Below are positions 34,089 to 64,000 of a DNA stretch of 64,000 nt, piece by piece; position 1 is the first letter of the stretch, and every line of letters starts with the position of its first letter. The position numbers and the translations under genes are program-made. The notes beneath the pieces were generated by a model that was not told where the DNA came from, did not search any database, and saw nothing but the letters and a program-made list of their open reading frames with translations. This stretch comes from Lama guanicoe (taxonomy: Eukaryota): contig MU053588.1 of NCBI GenBank assembly GCA_013239625.1, positions 2,118,508 to 2,182,507 on the forward strand, in the 5' to 3' direction.

Positions 34089-37000
34089 TATCACACGACG
34101 ACAAAGGGAAAGCAGTGACTTCACAGAGGGGAGACCTGACAGACGCCACCTTAACCAAGGATCAAAGTCATCACCAGGAACAGGACACTGTCTCAGGATG
34201 CACTGACAAGGGCACATTATTTCTGGGAATTCCTGTCAAAAATAGCTTCCATGTAACCAGAAGGAAGCATCAGGCAACAAACCTTGACTGAGGGACATCG
34301 TGCAAAATAACTGCCCTGGAAGCTTCAAACCTGACAACGTAAGGCAGTGTGTGAGCCTGGACTGAGTCTCTAGCCAGGACTTTTTTTTTTTCTGTACTTC
34401 TTTTGTATACAGGGACATGAGTGTGACCATTAGGAAAATCTGATTAAGGTCCAAGAGAAAATCATTTCTTCAATGTCAACTTCCTGACCTTGATCACTGG
34501 ACTGTGGTTATGGGAGAGAACGTTCTTGTTTTAGGACACACATATAAATTTCAGGGTGGGGGGATAAAGTCAATGGAGAATATCATGGGGAAGCTGCATG
34601 AAAGGTAGATGAAAATTCTTTGTACTTTTTAAAAATAAATGCTGGAGATTTATGGGAAGTCACATAGAGGACAGAGTTCTCATATACCTCACACCCAGGT
34701 CCCCTATTAACACCTTACATCAGTGTGGTACACTTGTCACGATTTAAGGAACCAGTAGGGATACAGTATTATCAAAGTCTGTGCTTTATTCAGATTTCCT
34801 GAGTTTTTACCTAATGTCCTTTCTCTGGCCCAGGATCCCACTCAGAACACATTACATTGAGTCCTCAGGTCTCCTGAGGCTTCTCTTGGCTCTGACAGCT
34901 TCCCAGGCTCTCCTTATTTTGAACAACCTTGGCAGTTCCAAGAACTAGTGCTCAGATCTTTTGGATGTCCCTCAGTTGGAATTTGTCTGATGTCTGTTTT
35001 CCCTTTATCGCACCGAGAGTATGCATTTTAGGGAGATCACAGAGGTAAAACATCATTCTAATCGCCTCCTATCAAAGGCACATACTGCCGCCATGACTCA
35101 TCACTGTGATGTTGACCTTGATCACCTGGCTGAGGGAGCTCCACTTTCTCCGCTCTAGAGTTGCCTTCCCCCGCTTCCCACACTGTCCTCTTTGGAAGCA
35201 AGTCACCCTGCAGCCCACACCAAAGGAGTAGGGGGTTATGCTTCCCCTCCTTGAAGGCAGAGTATCTACAGAAATTACCTGAAATTCTGTACAGGTATGT
35301 CTGTTCTCACCATTTGTCATTTATTTCAGCACAAACCAGACTCATTTATTTTATTTATACTTTGGACATGACCCAATACTATGCTATTTATTGTGTTGCT
35401 TTCAGCTGGTTCCTGTGTCCCTTCACATGCCCCCACCAGTGAGCGTTTGATTTGGTTTGAGCAGGTCCTTAATTTTGAGCACAAGGTGCTCCAGCCTCAT
35501 CTTACACATTTCCTGCTCCAGGCCTAGAATTCGCTGTAGTCCTATTTTTGAAAGTTTCAAAGTTTTCTACAAGTCTGTAATTATTTCAAAATGCAACTTA
35601 AGTGTGTGAATTGCTACACACTTTTGGAAGGCTATCTGACGTGTATTGAAATACAGCAACCCCAGAACATAGGCCACAAAATTGTAAAAGCACAAGCACA
35701 GTAAAGATGGATTTTTCCCCTGTTGAGGTTTATCACAGGACTGCTGGGAGCAGCGAACTGGACACCAAATGAATTCTTATCCAAAGAGGCAGCTGAATCA
35801 GCGGAGGCATAGCTACCCCAAGAAAGCTTGTGTAGCAGCTGGAAGCATGACAGCATGGTGTCCCCGATGAGCCCCCAAGATGTACCAATGACCCAACACA
35901 ACCTATTAACATATGGATACTGGCAGGAGGGCGGTTAAGATGTGCTAGAGCAGAGCCTGGCGGCTTGGCATTGACTGGGAGGAAAGAGCTACATAGAGGG
36001 GCAGCTTTTCACGAGGCCGTGTTCGTCTGCACAGAGGTGACATGAGGACTAGAATGACTGCTCAAGGCCTGGGTGGTTTTGATTTTCCTCCTTTGTTTGC
36101 ATTACTCTTTACACACACTCAGAAAGCTTGTGAAACCATCTACATGCACATGGCAAGAGACAGAGTAATCTACTCAAAATTTAACTTTCCTAATTGGTGA
36201 AATTGTATTATTAGAACTCTTCCCTCTAAAACTCCCTCTTGGGGGAACATTTCCGAAGTAAGAAGCACTACTACATGTACGTACCCATCCAGCAGAGGGC
36301 AGGAGCCTGTAGGAGCCCATCCCCGGACCCAGACAACCCCCGACAGACTGAGGGAGACTGAGCACGGGCTGCCTGCAGCACCGGTCACCTCCAGGGGCTG
36401 CAACTACAGGGAGGACTAAAGGCTTTTCTTTACAAGCCTCTCTGCTGTTCATGTGATCGCCAGGACATACTTTTGTAATTCAATAATCATAAAGTCCATA
36501 CGAAGTTAGGAAACAAACCAAAAAATTCCTTGAGTCTTGGCTGTAGGGTCTGACTTTTCTGCTACCCTTATTTAAGATCTCAAAGACTCCACGCATGGGA
36601 GGCCCTACACCTTCTGGCAAAATCTGACAGTAAATTCACCTGTGCCTGGGAACTCCAGGATTAAAGGGTCAGCTGCCAGAGGGTTCCCAGCACTGAGGGC
36701 TGTAACCCAACCTGAGGGGCTCCCAGCTGACGGCCACCACAAACCCACTGATCCCTCAAGGGTCCTGTACTGGAACTGTGGGCCAGAAATGGGGAGAAAA
36801 TATACAGGTAGTGCCCCCTCCTGGGCTCAGGGGCCACAGGAAATGGGTCCACTCCCTCCCACACTTTCTCCCAGGGCTCACTGACACCTCGACCCCCTTC
36901 CAACCCTTTCCCTCCATCCCACCTTTTTGCCTAAGCAGCTTCTGAGAGGCTGGAATGGTCTCTGTTCACAGTACTCCCAGCCCAGGCCTGGGAACCTACC

Positions 37001-37220
37001 CCAAACTCTTCAGTAGCCTTCCCCCCCAGTACCCCCACCCCTCCAACCTGAGCTTGAGCACACCCCCACCTCCAGATGCCTCCTCCTCCAGCTTCCCCAC
37101 CTCCTGGCTCAACAGGCCCTGCAAAGGGAGTAATGGGAACCAAAGGCAGCTAAGGCCGGGGCCAGACTCCAGAAGCAAGAAAATGCCCAGGGTGGTGGCC
37201 CTCAGTCTGAAATGAGTGTC

Positions 37221-37226
37221 TTTATT
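37221..37226 (-). terminator. AKT2 candidate polyadenylation signal AATAAA
   Basis: Plus-strand tttatt about 1.6 kb past the stop; more distal sites are possible. Confidence 0.6.
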
Positions 37227-38380
37227 GCTTGTACCGTACAAATACAAGGAATGGGGAAAGGCGAGTGGGAAGGAGGAAGAATTGTCAGATTAATGACATA
37301 CACACACAGAAAGGAAAAAGGACCCCACCCACTCAAGCCAACCCCCACCCCACCCCAGGATGTGTCTCTCTGTGAATTACCTAGCACAGGAGGTGGGGGT
37401 GGGGAGATCAAAACCAGAAAAACTAATTTCAAACGCCCAGAGATGTTGGGGGGCAGGGGACGACAGGACAGCAAGTGGACCTCTGGTGTGGCTTCCCTGC
37501 TGGGCCAGAACCCCTCCCCTGGGGATAAAATGCTCAGGCCAAGGGTGGGGCTTGAGCCCACACATACCACACACACTGAGGCCAGGACACACTTGCCCCT
37601 GCACACACATACCCAACACGCACGCGCACATACACACACCATGTGCATCTGCTTCTCAGATGCACAGGAACGCCCACGGACACACAGTCCGAGGCACGTA
37701 CACAAGTGCCCATGGCACTGACAAACGTTCACCTTAAGGCTGCAGAATGCGGGGCCCGGAGACGGGGAGGGGATGAGGTGGCCTGGAGCCTCCCTTCTCA
37801 GAGGCCCCCACCCTAGTACATACCAGAGACACCCACCCCCACCCCCTCCTCGACCTAAGTCCACGGGGCCCAATACTGTCTCGGTGCGAGATGTGTAACA
37901 GCCGAGGCTGGCGCCCCTCCACCCCAGGCAGAGAGAAGGGGGAGATCCCGGCCCCCATCCTCAGACGGGGCCGGGGCCAGGCCCGGGGTCCAGCAGGAGG
38001 TAAGGCCGGCTGGAAGGAAGCCCTGGTAAGGCACGGGGCCAGTGGGCGGGGAGGTTAGCCCCCAAATGTTCCTCCTGCCTCATCCACAGGGTCAGGAGAG
38101 CAGCTTGGGGGGTAGGGGGGGCAGGACCAGGAGGCAGTGCTCGTCCTCTGGGCCCCTCCTGGTTTCCCACACGGTAATTGGGCCCCATTCACGTGAGGGA
38201 GCCCTAAACCACCAATCTTACACGCAGCTTCCAAAAGCCCACCCCATCCCCTCCCCCGGTCCCTGGACATTATTGCTTTTCTGCCCCCATGGGAGGAGGG
38301 GGCTGGATTGCCCCACGCCAGGCCTCTTGGAGCCTAACGACAGGGCAAAGGCAGCACCAGGGCGCTGTCCACTGGGCAGC

Positions 38381-38394
38381 CCACCAGGGGGCAG
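38381..38394 (+). promoter_or_regulatory. CTCF core motif in AKT2 3'UTR
   Basis: CCACCAGGGGGCAG. Confidence 0.55.
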
Positions 38395-38807
38395 CCTCTG
38401 ACAGCAGCAACGCAGAGGCAGGCTGCCTCGGGGGCGCGGACCAAAAAACTCAGGTAGGCCCCACAGCTCCACCCTTCGCCCGTCAATGGGGCTTGTGTTG
38501 ATTAAAAATCGGTATCTCTCCAACTGCCCAAAGGCCTGGTCCTAGGGCAGGCGGTGGAGAGTCTCCCCAATCCTGGTCTGAGCACAAAGGTGAGGGCAGG
38601 ACAGGATCCTGGAGGCAGGGCTGCTGGGACCGCTGAGGTGAGTTTGGCAGAGGGCTGAAGAAAAAACTGGAATGGGGGTAAGGAGGTGAGGGATGGGGAC
38701 ACAAACAAAAAAGCAAAATAAAAACTTAAAAAAAAAAAAAAAAGCCCCCCGGCGGTGATGGCAGCCGTGCGTGCGTCCCGTGCGGCGTCGGCGGCGGGCG
38801 GCGCTGC

Positions 38808-63849
<25,042 letters not shown>

Positions 63850-64000
63850 GGTGGCAGCGTGACACGCTGTCACCTAGTTTGGGACAGCTCAGGGCAGCAG
63901 GACATGCAGGAGGCACGGTGGACAGAGCACGGTCTGCAAGACAAGAGAGGAGCCATCAGAGTGGGAAGAGATCTGCCCTCGGGGCCAGTCTGAGCGGGGG

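Overview
This is mammalian genomic DNA, probably camelid: it carries about five copies of a young tRNA-derived SINE resembling the alpaca/camel family, and I saw no Alu, B1, BovA, PRE-1 or SINEC. The gene order matches the human 19q13.2 block MAP3K10(+), TTC9B(-), CCNP/CNTD2(-), AKT2(-). I reconstructed exons by hand from GT/GC-AG boundaries and frame continuity. AKT2 (13 coding exons, 481 aa), TTC9B (3 exons, 235 aa) and CCNP (7 exons, 308 aa) splice into intact ORFs. MAP3K10 exon 9 appears to lack about 150 codons and switches frame at 21766, which is either a GC-rich assembly collapse or a real deletion. The CCNP model has a 79-nt intron after codon 2 and a spliced terminal cyclin-fold exon, both differing from the human protein as I recall it. 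Other notable signals are an RE1/REST site inside the TTC9B coding sequence, a GC-AG intron and a (CTG)23 tract in AKT2, uORFs in MAP3K10 and AKT2, and candidate CTCF, NF-Y, ZNF143 and NRF1 sites. The rest is mostly L1, L2, MIR, MLT and DNA-transposon fossils. I found no evidence of a prokaryotic-type or wholly new gene system. All human comparisons and repeat-family names are from memory and need checking by alignment.
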